Shown piece by piece: positions 1-12,625 of a stretch of DNA of 50,309 bases. The notes beneath the pieces are model-generated. The model made no database searches, was not told where the DNA came from, and saw nothing but the letters and a program-made list of their open reading frames with translations. Positions within the stretch are counted from its first letter, which is position 1. The number at the start of each line of letters is the position of its first letter. The stretch is from the NCBI GenBank assembly GCA_051942205.1, contig JAVECO010000065.1:62001-112309 (forward strand). Direction: 5' to 3'. Origin of the DNA: Coniocarpon cinnabarinum. Its lineage: Eukaryota. Made by a program: the position numbers and the translations under genes.

Positions 1-1027
1 GCCATACTCTTATATTATTATTAGCCGCATGCATGGCGATACTGATGCCGCTGTATAGGCGAAGTTGCTGACACTCGCACTAAGACGAGGCGAGCAGAGT
101 CCTCGCCCGTAAGACCTCTAAGAACGACAGCCGCGACGTTTCAGAGCCGCATGATCGGCTTTACTTATCTGCCAAAGCTTGCTCTGCCTTTGGTGTTGAC
201 AGCTCCAGGATACTGATATTGGCTGATTACGAATACTCAGCCATTCGAGGCTCCTTTCAACGAGCCAGCACCTCGTCATAGCACATCTCGTGCGCTCAAT
301 GAGAGACGGACGCGCCCAAGTGCGGACGCCACCCGCATGATCGATGCCGCTCCCGCTGCCCGCCGCCATGCTTACCTGGGCGCTTGATGAGCGTGTTACA
401 GAGTACATGCTACCTGCTGTGGTGCGACAGGCGGCTCTGCTCACGAACATGCCCCTCGTGGCGACGGAAGAAATAAACATCGCCCCTTTTGATTATTAAT
501 CGGGAACTCTTTTCTCATGAGCGATGCACAATACATTCTTGCCGCTGTGCCGCTGTTCTGGGAGGTAAGTCGCGAGATGCCAAGCTGACTCTGCACTACG
601 ATGGCCTGCTTGTCAAGGGAGAAAAACGGAAGAGCGAAGGCGTACGAGGCAAGTCTTGTTACCGCTTGAAATATACGATATTTCCAAACCACAGCTGTCA
701 CATGATACGTCACATCTGCGGCGTCGAACGTGTGCGCGTATTTCTAGCGTATAGTAGCCGGGTCATCCGCCTACCTCTGTCGTCCCTTTGGCGCGACGTG
801 CAATTCTTAGCTACTCTTATCCCGTGACTACGAGATTTTTGCGTCCACTCTATCGATCACGATCTTGTTCAGATACTCATCGGCTTCCTTCCAAAGGTAG
901 ATTCCCTTTCGTCAACTCGGCCGCATGCGAATCGCAAACACCGCGCGTTGCGCCTTCATCTCCTCGTCCGTCAGACATGAGATCCGGAAGTTTATGGCCA
1001 ACGTTGCATAACTGTACCATGCTAGAT

Positions 1028-3408
1028 TCACGATCGCGTGCGATCTGGGATGAGAAACTAGGGTGCATCAGTAAAAGAGCGTAGCACTGTCCAATTTACT
1101 AGACTCACTTGTCTCGCCTCATCCTCCTCGACACCGCCCTCGGGCGCAGCACCCTTCTCAATCAAACTCAACTTCGAAATCCTAAGCTGCCACCACAACT
1201 CTCGTCGATCACCACCCAACTTCTCTTCAAAAAGTTCTTGCTTGAGATCACGCATGAGATCATTGAAAGTACCAGCCTCTTCCAGTTCAATGCACTCTCG
1301 CCGCATCAAGCCAATACCTTCGAGCACACGTCCGTAATTACTATCACCCATGCTTTGCGTGATCCATTGTCTGATGATGTCTCCGAATTGCTTGACACCA
1401 TCTCTGACTGTTTCAATGTCTTCGGCGCCGTCCATCATCTGCTTGAATTCCGGAATGGCGTTTTGCGGGGAGATGCGACGTTGATTTGCTGCAGACCGTT
1501 CACCCAACAAAGCCGTGACGTCCAATCCTGAGCGAGGCGCCTCTTGATCCTTCTTGCCGCGGAAGTTCCGACGCGACATGCTTTTTGGTGGCACCTTCTT
1601 GACGTTAGCAGCTTCTATTAGCTTGTCCAAGTGCTTTTGCGTTTGTTTCAAGATGTGCTCAGGTGGATGCGAGAATTTCGTCAAGATATCAAGTGGCGGT
1701 GGCACTGGGTTGTCAGGATGGATGGCTCGATGTTTGATGGCTTGGTTGATTCGGTTGACTTTGGGTGAGAAGTTGTCCTCGAGCTTCAGATACTCCTGTT
1801 AGGTCCTGTAAGTATCGCATTGCATTCAATCTTCGCATTCCGAGTGATGGAGATCAAGTTTGCCATGATTTTTTTGTACTTACAGTCTCTTGTCCGTCCT
1901 CGTCTCGATCTGCCTTCGAAATATCCATTCCATCAACGTAAGCGGCCATGGCGTGTTTCAGTTCTTCGGATGGAATGTTGCGATGTTCAGTGATTACTTT
2001 TCCAGACAAGGTGGGAATGCGATCTAGAGGAGGGAACTTGTGTTGGCGAAAGTCCTCAGCGAAGGGCAGCTCGACGTCGACTAGGCACTCAAAGTCTGGT
2101 TCGATCCACGGTGTCAGCGCCACGACAATTGGAGGTCGATCATTCTTTGTAACGAGGCGAGCGACTGCACAGGTGTCGAGCTCATACAAGGTGTGAATGA
2201 GCGAAGAAAGTGCCATTGCCGCCAAATCATTGGTTCTCATAGCAATGATGACGTTGGCTTTGCTCATATTCATGAAGCGAGCAAGCTGAGATGCATTAGC
2301 AGATTGACAGGTAAGACTCGATTCCTTCCGCACTCACACTCTCTCGTGGCACAAAGCCAATAATACTCATCCCCGAGACCGTCTCCATCATGTTGACGTG
2401 CTCGTCCGCCGGATCTATCGCTACCAGTTCTCTCCCATACTCATAACCCTTGTTGAGGTCTTTTCTTTCGACGTCGCGTGTGCCATCAAGTGCGTTTGGA
2501 TCCTTCACTTGGTACGTTGTGGATCCCCGCATAAGTGACTTTTCAACACCTTCTCGCTCTTCCTCATCAGGGAGATCAGTAAAATCCTTCATCGAATCGC
2601 CATTTCCCTCAGTCTTGATGGCAAGCCTTTTAGCTGTACTAGCGGCCTTGACCATGATTTTGGGAAACCGCTCTACGTCGATCTCCATTGCTACCCCAAA
2701 GGTTGCGTAATCACTCAGTGTCAGTTGGCCTTTGAAAGTGGAGGCTGAATTGGGAACATAGATGCGTGGAACTTGTATTTCCTCGATGGCTTGTTTCAAA
2801 GTCCCAATGACACCGCCACATTGATCAACAAGTCGCTTCAAAGTCTGCTCATTAGCATCCTTGAGGTCGTCCTTGTCTTCTTCTTTAAAGCCAAACTCTG
2901 CATCGTCAAGATCAGTACCGAGAACTGTTAGCTCAATACCATCATCCTGAAGCTTTTGAGCTATATCCCCAAGCTGATCGGCTTCGACAGTGCCGGTACA
3001 GTTCGTTGTCATGATGATTTGCTTCTTGTACTTGAGCTGCTTACACTGCTCGGCGATGAGCTGAATAGCAATTATGATGGCAGATATGGCATCGCCGTCA
3101 TCAGTGTCGCTCGGTGTGAGCTGCTTGATTAGGTTGCGAACGTCAGGTAGCAGCATTTGTGAAGGGTATTTGAAAACCGAGATGTTTTCATAGTCCTCCT
3201 CGGTGGGCCCATTGTGGTCTGTGCCGTTCGTACGCAGGCCTATAACAGAGGTGTAGAGAGTTTTGCGGCCTGTGCTAATGATTCCAGCAAGCTTGTCCCA
3301 AACATACTGCATTGACCAATCCAAATCAGACTGGTCACGTCCATGGCGTTTTTGGCCAGTAGATTCCCCAACATCTACGATGAAGATCGTACACTCCTTG
3401 TTTGCCAT
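1028..3408 (-). CDS. KU80: Ku80 subunit of the Ku70/Ku80 DNA end-binding heterodimer (NHEJ); 4 exons
   Basis: N-terminal vWA start MANKECTIFIVDVG; core motifs KGYEYGRELV and LPFAEDFRQHKFPPLD; C-terminal helical domain ISPQNAIPEFKQMM. Three ORFs join through GT-AG introns at about 2287-2338, 1797-1883 and 1058-1108; the last exon reads FLIPDRTRS-TGA ending at 1028. Confidence 0.95.
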
Positions 3409-3542
3409 CTTAGGCCTTTCCGTAGTGGAACATAGGTGACAGCACGTCAGAGTGACCTACTTCGTCTTCTTCTTCCTCCTCGTCGTTCATGTTTGCACAA
3501 TTAGGCAGAAGAGAGGTCCAAGCTCATGCAGACTCCCGAAGG

Positions 3543-3814
3543 ACGCGTTCAGAGGCACGCGTAAACACGTGACATGAAAATCGCAACCAGCAAGAGCCAG
3601 CATTTTCATTGGCAACGTTGGCCTTTAGACCATGACATTTGAGCAACCGTAATGAGACTGGCATGGTCCGTCAATGTCATCGCGTATTTGGAGAGGAAGA
3701 CCGTGGTAGAATAGGATTTAGCTCAGGAACGCATCTGCTCCGCCAAGAATGAGGCCAACAACGTCATGGACTTGGGCCTATTCTATTTAGGTTCAAAGTC
3801 ACTTTTGAACGCGT
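3543..3814. promoter_or_regulatory. Cluster of MCB-like elements (ACGCGT x3) and a CACGTGAC E-box in the divergent KU80/TMEM205 promoter
   Basis: ACGCGT at 3543-3548, 3557-3562 and 3809-3814; CACGTGAC at 3566-3573. Function inferred from the MBF consensus known in yeasts. Confidence 0.4.
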
Positions 3815-3885
3815 TATACGTCGCCAACGCCAAATTCACTGTATCAGTGAACCACCTTGTCGAACGAGTAGCGACCTAGGACATT

Positions 3886-4495
3886 ATGCCAGACCTTGCG
3901 ACGTTCACGTCTCCTGCTGTATACCATATGCTCAGGTCAGCAAATCAAGGAGCATGCATCTTCCAGTGCTGACATCTTCAGCTATGGTACGCTTCTCGGC
4001 AGCACCATCTTTCAGTCCTTCATTGCAGGTCCCGTTGCTTTCAAAGTACTGCCTCGACCCAGCTTCGCGACTCTCCAAACTGGCATTTTCCCTGTATATT
4101 TCGCAATGCAGACTGCACTCCCGGCAATGATGGCTTTGACCTTCCCTGATGTTGCGAGTTCAGCAGTGACTGGCGCACGGGTGTCCGCTGGTCCGATGGG
4201 ACTCCTTGACGATCGCGTACGTCTCAGCGCCCTGACACCCTTGGGCGTCGCTTTCGCAACCGCGTTGGTGAACTTGGTTTGGCTGGGTCCTGTGACCACG
4301 CAGGTGATGAAAGAGAGGAAACATCAGGAGACTAGGGATGGCAAGAAGTCGTATGACGCTGGTCCGCATTCACCGGAGATGCAGAGGCTCAACAAAAAGT
4401 TTGGCCAGCTTCATGGCGTTTCTTCGTTGGCTAATGTGGTTGGCCTTGCCGCTCTCATCTTCTACGGCGGAACAATCGCAGATATGATAAGGTAA
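3886..4495 (+). CDS. TMEM205/DUF4149-family membrane protein; 2 exons
   Basis: ATG 3886 (MPDLATFTSPAVYHMLS), intron at about 3936-3980, then YGTLLGSTIFQSFIAGPVAFKVLPR..FATLQ..IFPVYF and C-terminal LNKKFGQLHGVSSLAN; several hydrophobic helices. Confidence 0.85.
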
Positions 4496-4559
4496 TCCTT
4501 GTGTAGGGTCGACCTGGAAGATCATCGTTTTCCTGGACAGAACGCACGATCGGGATCAG

Positions 4560-5860
4560 TCACGATGCAGGTTCTGACACCTTCCAGCTCTTGAGATCCT
4601 CTCGGATCTCAAACTCGTCAACCTCAAATCGTCGATTGTTTTGACTAGCCTCGGCTTCAGCTTTCATGTTGTTCGCGTGCTGTTCCAGACTCGCTCGCCC
4701 GCTCACACCACTACTAGAAGGTGAGCTATACAGTCGTGCATGATGAGCTGCCGGACTAGCCATTTTGTTAGGCTGTTGATGGTGAGTTCCACGGCCAGAC
4801 GTGGGATTGGTCGTTCCTGAGCTGTTTCGCATAGTTGAAGGATGGTTCGGATCATCATGCTTCGCCCACCCATCTCCGCCTGCGAAAATATCTTCAATGG
4901 TCTCGTCGGCTTTGAGCTCACCCGGTTGAGCCGTCCAGAATGCCGACAGGTTGCGGCGATACATATCCTGATATTCGTGGTGCTCTTTGGACTTAGTGCT
5001 TAGCGATGGCATATCTGCATTCACTGTGAACAGATCTCGACCACTCTCAGGTATGTTGTGGCTTACAAGTAACATTTTCCGGGCCTTCCTCTCCCGTCAT
5101 TATACGTGCAATGCCGCCAAAGGCCGGTGCGGCCTTCAGCTCGGGTCTGTGGTCCATGTCAGACTCCCGCTGTTTGCTTTATCGCTGATTGTCTTACGCA
5201 ATGTAATTCCTATCGCCTTCGAGAAAACGCATCGAGATACCTACCTGTAGTCGCATTAGCATAGAATGAGGAGGACTAGCCTTACAAACCTTCAGCGTGC
5301 TGTTGATCTTGCTATCCTGCATTAAATAGCGTCGGCAAATTCCCTCGTCAGAGCCCGCCTCATCAGCGTCGCAGAACTCGGAAAGGTTGAGTTTGATCCT
5401 GCCTAGCATGATTTGCTCTCCATTTCGCGAGCCGGTAGCATAATCTTGCCATACTTCAAAGTGCAACGGACACTCTTGAAGCATACCGTTCCGTTCTACC
5501 GTGAGCTTTACATTTATCTGCCGATCATACTCGAAAACCACTTTGTGGTCCCTAATCTGGCCCTTTGGGGTCTTGCCGCTGTGCTCCATGGCTGCTGCGG
5601 CTTGCAAGTGCCATTTGACAAAGCAAGAGCCCGACACGAGGGGTACATTGTTAAGGTCAAATATCTTAAGGCGTCAAAAACTGCATTCTAGTTCTTTCTA
5701 AAGGACTTACTTTAAGCCAGAGATCAAATTTAGGCTAATTGGTCAGCTATACGCCTAATCTCAAGGACTGCCAATACCCACTCGTCTATTTTTGGGTACT
5801 ATCCAAGTAAGTGACAGATCGATTCAAGTGCTTGCAACCGCACTCACCAAAGGTTTGCAT
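4560..5860 (-). CDS. N-terminal C2 (NT-C2, EEIG1/EHBP1-type) domain protein; 7 exons including three 5' micro-exons
   Basis: Spliced N-terminus MQTF-VPKNRR-PKFDLWLK-IFDLNNVPLVSGSCFVKWHL, then LGRIKLNLSEF and RRYLMQDSKINSTLKVGI. Canonical donor and acceptor sites join the ORFs 5194-5637 and 4560-5075. Confidence 0.85.
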
Positions 5861-6109
5861 GGTGATTGAAGCGTAAGGCTACTTTGCTCAAAGCACATAG
5901 ATTCCAGAAACTCAGACTTGCCAAAGCATTAGGCACTTAATGTTGGGCCGGATCTCTTTATACTGCATTCATGAACGAGTAACGATACCGCCCCGCGAGC
6001 CCCAAGTACTGCGTGCAGGAAGAGGATGTAAAGTTGCGAATTGAGGAAACTCCGACTATCACGCACAGGTTTCTTTAGTGTACATCTGAGGGTGACCAAG
6101 AATTTTACC

Positions 6110-7315
6110 TCAATTCAGTGAGAAGTCATCGCCATCGTTCTTAGGCCACGGCTTCAGCACCGAGGAATGCAAGATCTCCTTTACACAGCGTCTTGGCGCC
6201 AGCAAAGCATCTGCTTTGATGTTTGAATATGTACCATTTGCTTCCATCATACGCAGCAGCGGACTGTCTATCAGTATCGTCATGATCTCACGCAATGACT
6301 GACAAAAGCCATCCCTCGAGATTGCACTAGCGCCGGTCTCACTGAACTGCTTGTGACCTTGCTTTGTCCCACCGATTAGCACTTCGAAAATGCTCGGTGT
6401 CCATACAGTGGCAATGTTAGAACCTTTGCAAGTACCTTTTGCCTCCTGCGTTGGCTTCGAGTATTCAAAACCTCGACTGTGAGGAAATACCTGAAAGTGT
6501 TTCGCTTGATACCCTCCTCGAAAAGCTCCGGCTAGCTCTCCAAGACCACGCATTCTTCCCGTGGGCCCAAAGCTGCGTTCGACGGCAGACCGTACGAGGG
6601 TTTTCTCCGGAACAAGGATCTCATCGAGGTAGGCATTGGCAGGATGTATCAGGATTGCGGTCAGTGATGATAGCAGCGATGTGCATTGCCTCAGAGCGAG
6701 CTTGTCGCTACATGACTTTGACAAAGTGCTTGGAGCATCTCCTCTGGCCGGTTTTCGCCTGACGGCGCCAAGCTCCGTAAAATGTCCGCGACCTGAAAGT
6801 AGCATGCCATCGGCAAGTGACCGGCTTTGTGAGGTCCATGGACTAGCATCCTCTTGCGAGTCTATCGTCAATTCCATGCTGGCATCCCCACAGGGTGCTT
6901 CTGTGCAAAAAAGGGAGATGGTGAGGTTGTCCTGCAGGGCGAAGCTTTGGGGCTCTTCAATGGTCTTTTCACAGTCGTCACGAAACCTCACCAGCCCCGA
7001 AACATTACTCCCTGTTTGCATGAGCTTCTTGCATTCACTGAGAAGGTAGTGATTGAAAGCCCGCAAAGCGACTACCTCAGCGTGCCAGTCGTGGAGACAT
7101 CTGCCCTTTGCCAAAGGCAGCTTATCAGCAGGCAGGCATCGCATGCCAGTACCTAACGCAACGCAAGATCCGTGAGGGTCAGCAGGGCTCGAGATGACGA
7201 TGCCAGCTAGAGGCGTCCATTCCCGGGATCCATCAGGATGCACGCGTGGTTTAGCCTTGTTTGGAAGCGCACCAAAAGCACGGAGAACAGCATCGGCAAG
7301 GTAGTTGGCCCTCAT
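6110..7315 (-). CDS. TAD1: tRNA-specific adenosine deaminase 1 (ADAT1/Tad1, tRNA-Ala A37)
   Basis: ADAR-type deaminase motifs LHDWHAEVVALRAF, EAPCGDAS, VRRKPARGD and SKSCSDKL, without dsRNA-binding domains. First in-frame ATG is 7315; the ORF track starts at a GTG at 7381. Confidence 0.9.
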   Translation of the reverse strand: MRANYLADAVLRAFGALPNKAKPRVHPDGSREWTPLAGIVISSPADPHGSCVALGTGMRCLPADKLPLAKGRCLHDWHAEVVALRAFNHYLLSECKKLMQTGSNVSGLVRFRDDCEKTIEEPQSFALQDNLTISLFCTEAPCGDASMELTIDSQEDASPWTSQSRSLADGMLLSGRGHFTELGAVRRKPARGDAPSTLSKSCSDKLALRQCTSLLSSLTAILIHPANAYLDEILVPEKTLVRSAVERSFGPTGRMRGLGELAGAFRGGYQAKHFQVFPHSRGFEYSKPTQEAKGTCKGSNIATVWTPSIFEVLIGGTKQGHKQFSETGASAISRDGFCQSLREIMTILIDSPLLRMMEANGTYSNIKADALLAPRRCVKEILHSSVLKPWPKNDGDDFSLN

Positions 7316-7861
7316 AGGATCAATATCGCTTGCTGTATCTGCACAAGTGCTCAGTGTGCATCGCCTTAACGAGCGCCGCACCAGTGCAGGAGAGATCCCA
7401 TCCGTGCTGGCAATTCGATTCTGTCCTGTAACTCGCCCCAGCTACGCCACATCTGCGAAATTTAGACTTCCACTATTTTGTGGTCCATTTACGTCATCAC
7501 GACGATAAGTATAGGCGCTGGCTCGTACTGACAGTGCATGCGTGGAAGTAGATTGGTAGGGTGAGGCTCAACAGGACAGAGAGGATTAGTGACAGGCGCT
7601 GACTAAGCACGGCGTTAACGGAAATGGGAATCCCGTGATGTTATTGGGTCCCTCGATCCACCCACCTCTGCGTGGGGCAACCACTTTAAAAATCTTCCTC
7701 ACGCTGGCTCATCTCTCCCCTTCTCTTCTCTTTTGCTCTTCGTCTTCGCATACCGTACGCAAGCCGCACATCTGCGAATCTTTTTCAGATTTGATTCCCA
7801 AGTTCAATCATCTTCAAAAAAGTTCCCAGTTACTGCTTGATTCCATTGCGGTCCCGTCACC

Positions 7862-9700
7862 ATGGGTAAAGAGAAGATTCAGTAAGTCCAACATGCTTTT
7901 GGTGAGATCTGCGCGCCTGTCATATGAAGGTCGCAAGGTGATCGCTCATGATTTCATCGTCGGCTAATTGTTTCCCTAGTATCAACATTGTCGTTATCGG
8001 CCACGTCGACTCTGGCAAGAGTACGACAACCGGACGTAGGTCCTTGCCCCACCTCCCTTGCTACCCATCACCCCTCACGCGCGTGTGCACCCATCAATTG
8101 TACCAAGAAAGCCAGATGGCTCACCTAACCAAACAGACTTGATCTACAAGTGCGGTGGTATCGATAAGCGAACAATCGAAAAGTTTGAGAAGGTATGTCT
8201 TGCACACCTATTGCCGCCCAGCCTCTCAGTCATAGCCTTCTCTGGCGGTGCAGAGTGCCTTGTCCTGCCGAACTATACTCATACTTTCTCCTAGGAAGCT
8301 GCCGAGTTGGGCAAGGGCTCATTCAAATACGCATGGGTGCTCGACAAGCTAAAGGCGGAGCGTGAGCGTGGTATCACCATCGATATTGCGCTTTGGAAGT
8401 TCGAGACCCCTAAATACTATGTCACTGTCATCGATGCGCCCGGTCACCGCGACTTCATCAAGAACATGATCACTGGTACCTCTCAGGCCGACTGTGCTGT
8501 TCTCATCATTGCTTCCGGCACTGGTGAATTCGAAGCGGGTATCTCCAAGGATGGTCAGACTCGTGAGCACGCTCTGCTTGCCTACACGTTGGGTGTGCGG
8601 CAGATGATCGTCGCCATGAACAAGATGGATACCGTCAAGTTCGACGAAGGCCGATACAACGAAATCAAGAAAGAAGTTTCCAACTTCATCAAGAAGGTCG
8701 GCTACAACCCAGCAAGTATTCCATTCGTACCAATCTCTGGCTTCAACGGTGACAACATGATCGACGTCTCTTCCAACTGTCCCTGGTACAAGGGCTGGGA
8801 GAAGGAGACCAAGCAAACCGGCAAGTCGAGCGGCAAGACCCTTCTTGAAGCTATTGACGCTATCGACCCGCCAACCCGTCCCACGGACAAGCCTCTCCGT
8901 CTTCCTCTGCAAGACGTTTACAAGATTGGTGGTATCGGAACGGTGCCGGTCGGCCGTGTCGAGACTGGTGTGATCAAGCCTGGCATGGTCGTCACTTTCG
9001 CCCCTGCAGGTGTCACTACTGAAGTGAAGTCGGTCGAAATGCACCACGAAGCCCTCCAAGAGGGTCTTCCAGGCGACAACGTCGGCTTCAACGTGAAGAA
9101 CGTCTCGGTGAAGGAAATTCGACGTGGCAACGTCGCCGGTGACAGCAAATCTGACCCACCGAAGGGCTGCGACAGCTTCAACGCTCAGGTCATCGTGATG
9201 AACCACCCTGGCCAAGTCGGTGCTGGTTACGCACCCGTCCTGGATTGTCACACTGCCCACATCGCCTGCAAGTTCTCCGAACTCATTGAGAAGATCGACC
9301 GTCGTACCGGCAAGTCTGTCGAGCAAGCTCCCAAGACTATCAAAGCTGGTGACGCCGCTATCGTGAAGATGATTCCGTAAGTCATTCTCGATTTCGGGAT
9401 AAAATTCTCGCCATCGCAGAGATGCTTTCGCCAATCTCCTTAGCAGAGAGCCGTGCGCTAACCACTTCCCTAGATCCAAGCCCATGTGTGTCGAGACATT
9501 CACCGACTACCCACCACTCGGACGTTTCGCCGTTCGTGACATGAGACAGACAGGTGAGCTTTACAGCTGCCATGTTAAACCTTTGATCGTCGAAACTAAC
9601 ACTTATTGCAGTCGCCGTCGGTGTCATCAAGTCAGTCGTCAAGGCTGAGAAGGGTGCTGGCAAGGTCACCAAGGCCGCACAGAAGGCCGGCAAGAAATAA
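7862..9700 (+). CDS. TEF1: Translation elongation factor 1-alpha (eEF1A); 6 coding exons
   Basis: [65 protein letters not shown]. Introns at 7882-7979, 8036-8136, 8193-8294, 9377-9473 and 9554-9611; TAA at 9698-9700. Confidence 0.99.
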
Positions 9701-10602
9701 GCGACAAGTCCACCACGTTGGACCTGACGAGCTTCGGGGGGAAAGTGAGCATGCCTGGGGATGCGAGAGAAATCGTGGTGATGCAGTGATGACGGTGGTC
9801 GAACGTGCATGACAATGGTGTTTGGTTTGTGCGATTACTTTCGATGAACGGATGGATTCTTTCGATACCTTTCTCGAATAACGATTGCCACAAATCACGA
9901 TCTTCCGAAGTGCTTTTACCGTTATTCCACGTTCTGTTTCAGTGTTGAAAACTGTAGCGCGTTTTCTAAGACTGTGTCACAAAGCCTCCAATAAGCCAAG
10001 CAAGATTTCAGGTTGCAAAAGAGTCAAATGGTCATGCTGCCTGACGGGACTTCAAGAATCACTTTGTGCCCTTGATCTAGAGCCGCAAGTAGGCAACTAG
10101 AATCTTCGCGAGTGTGATTGAACTCTGCTAGTCATCGCCACGGCAAAAGGCAAACTCCGTTTTCCTGTCCGTTCCAATGTCCAAGCCTCACAACATGCAA
10201 ACGAACATTGCAATCCATTTGGTAGACTTCAATGAACGGAGCTTGTATGCTATACATTGACCGAAGTTCTGTGAACGTTGCAATCAACGCGATTGAGTCT
10301 GTGCAAGTGATTTATGGGGCTTGTATGAACGGCTGACCAGGTGGTGCCATTGGATAGCCGCTTGAGATTGGCTATCTGAGTATATGGAGAGGACTTTGTG
10401 TCGGCACGATGCTTTTACCAAGGCGTAGCACGGTCATTCAGCATAGACACATGGAGGAGTATAAGCACGTCATCACGGCGTCCCCTGTGTTATCGGCTTG
10501 TCACTTCACTGAATAGCTGATCGATCGCGCTCTGCGTTCTATCACTCAGATTTTATCCTTTCCATGCTCCGCTCCTCTCGCGCCTGCGTCACCGTTCTGT
10601 TA

Positions 10603-11759
10603 TCACTGCCTCTTGCGTGCCCTCCGCTTCCGCCTGTCCTCGTTCCGCAGCCTCCTGGCTTCTCTTTCTTCCGCGAGGTTCTTGTTGTGTCGCTCGGTTG
10701 CTCGTTCCAACCAGCTCTTCCATTCTTCCAACTCCTTCCTTTCCTGCTCGTCGTCTGCCTTTTTCTTCGCTCTCCTCTCCCTCGTCTGGGCTCGTCCGTC
10801 TTTCCGCTCTTGACTTGCCTTCTCCTTCCTCTCAATGAAGACTCCCCTCCGCAGCTTGCGCAGGTATTCCTCTGACAGGATGATGGGATTACGAGTGCTC
10901 GGAGGCGTGCAGTGATGGAAGCGTTGATCATCTAGCCACTGCATCGTGTTGTGCAAGGTGTAATCCGTGATCCATCCGTTCTTTTCATCTGTAAAGACCT
11001 TGAGCAGATCTTCGAGGTAGTGATGTGTCTTTTTCTGACGGCCTCGACGCGCCGCGCGTGAGCCCTTGAACACGTCTTCGACCTTGTGGAGATCGACGTG
11101 TTCCTCGAAATGACCGCGTCGCGCGGAGCTGAGGACCTTCAGGTGAGGGCCAATGAGATCGAAGCCGGAGGCGATGCCCATTGTCCCGGGTTCGCCGCAT
11201 AACAATGATTCTAACCACGCGCATCGGCTGAGTTGCTGGGACGTTTCTCCGACGGTTTCAGCTTCTTGCTGATCTCCTTTGTTCGTGTTCTTATTGGTGG
11301 CTTTAAGCTCGCTAATGGTGTCGGACGACTCTGCGTCGTGACTCGCGTCGTCCTTTGAGGTCTCATCAGCCTGTTTCGAAGCTCCTCTGCCCGTGATGTG
11401 CGCATGTCGCTCGTAATCGAAGACAACAAAGCTTGAAAATCGTGTAAGTTTGCGCGGAACTCCGTTTCAATGACAGGCGATGACAGCTTACATCAACTCT
11501 TGATACTCGTCACCGTGGCAGTATGCCAGGATCAGACCTGGGAGGTCATATTCATGATCGTCCTGACCGTCTGCTCGAGTGTGAAAAGCGAATGTACATG
11601 GCAACAATGACTTGTGAGTTCATGTCAGTAGACGGCACAGATCTCAGCATGACGGATCACTCAGCGGCGTACAGGCAGTCCACCTTTTTTTGCCAAACGA
11701 TTTTTCCCTGGCTCGTTTCCAAACTTCTTCTCTTTGGGTTCGCTTTCTTGGGAAACCAT
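10603..11759 (-). CDS. Hypothetical protein (about 344 aa) with a basic, charged coiled-coil C-terminus; 3 exons
   Basis: The frame of ORF 10603-11205 stays open up to 11431. Introns 11432-11491 (GTAAGC..AAG) and 11611-11672 (GTACGC..CTGAC..AAG) link it in frame to an ATG at 11759. No family recognised; true start uncertain. Confidence 0.5.
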
Positions 11760-12625
11760 TTCATCAACAATATTATGCAGCAGACGAGCGGAGACGGAAA
11801 GACCCACCGCTGTCCATGGGGCTCAAAAGACTTCTTAATATCTTAGAGCGCCCGCATTATCCTCGAGCGGTATTTCATGACGTTCAAGATGTCGAAATCT
11901 TTCAACAGAATGTTGACAAGCGCTCACGAAGGTCCATTTCTGGGATGCGACAAACTGTCAGAAACTGCATTCGTCAAAATAGAGGACACACATCGACCAC
12001 GTGTCATAATGAGTTTGTCTGCACGAGACACAAGGGCGGTATCTAGCGCATTGGGTTCGTTTGCCGCATGCATCCGAGCAGGTCCCAGACGCCTCTTGTA
12101 ACGCCCTAGCATCCGACTGAACGAACGTCTTGCAATCTTGGAAGAGACGGTTTCATATGCAGCCCTTTAGATAAGTCGACCATATAACGAGGCGCTGACA
12201 CATACATTGATCTAGACTTCGTTTCGCATCGCCATTCAAAGTCTGCAAGTGGAGCAGCCAAAGGACGGACGCGCGAAATCCACAACAGTAGGCCAAAGGC
12301 GGCCCCAGAGGCCACCTCTGTGTTTTACTGAGATTTCGAAATATTGCAAGGCGCAAATCCTTCAGTATTCAAGGCATTAACCGTTTGAGAAACATGCGGC
12401 GTTGTGATACGGCAAGCTGTCTTTTTCTAAAAGTGTTTGGCCCGCGACCGAGCTTTCCGGTCCCGGTGGCCCCGGGCCAGGAATCGGAAAACTTGTGCTG
12501 TCTTTTACAACATTTTACGCTCGACAAACAGGCAGACGCCGGATCGATCGTCTTCGCTCTGAGTCGGTGGCCTTGCTGCAAGGAACAGACGAGGACTGAA
12601 CTGCGTCACGTGACTTCGGATGAAG

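Noticed and set aside
8349..9503. 384-aa antisense ORF over TEF1
   Set aside because: Shadow frame expected from the strong codon bias of a highly expressed gene; no protein motif.
12200..12370. Possible third copy of the AIYFEVHL family (EGFA / LQYFEI on the minus strand)
   Set aside because: Needs a frameshift and lacks the EW, IP and WRGLRP anchors; consistent with chance.
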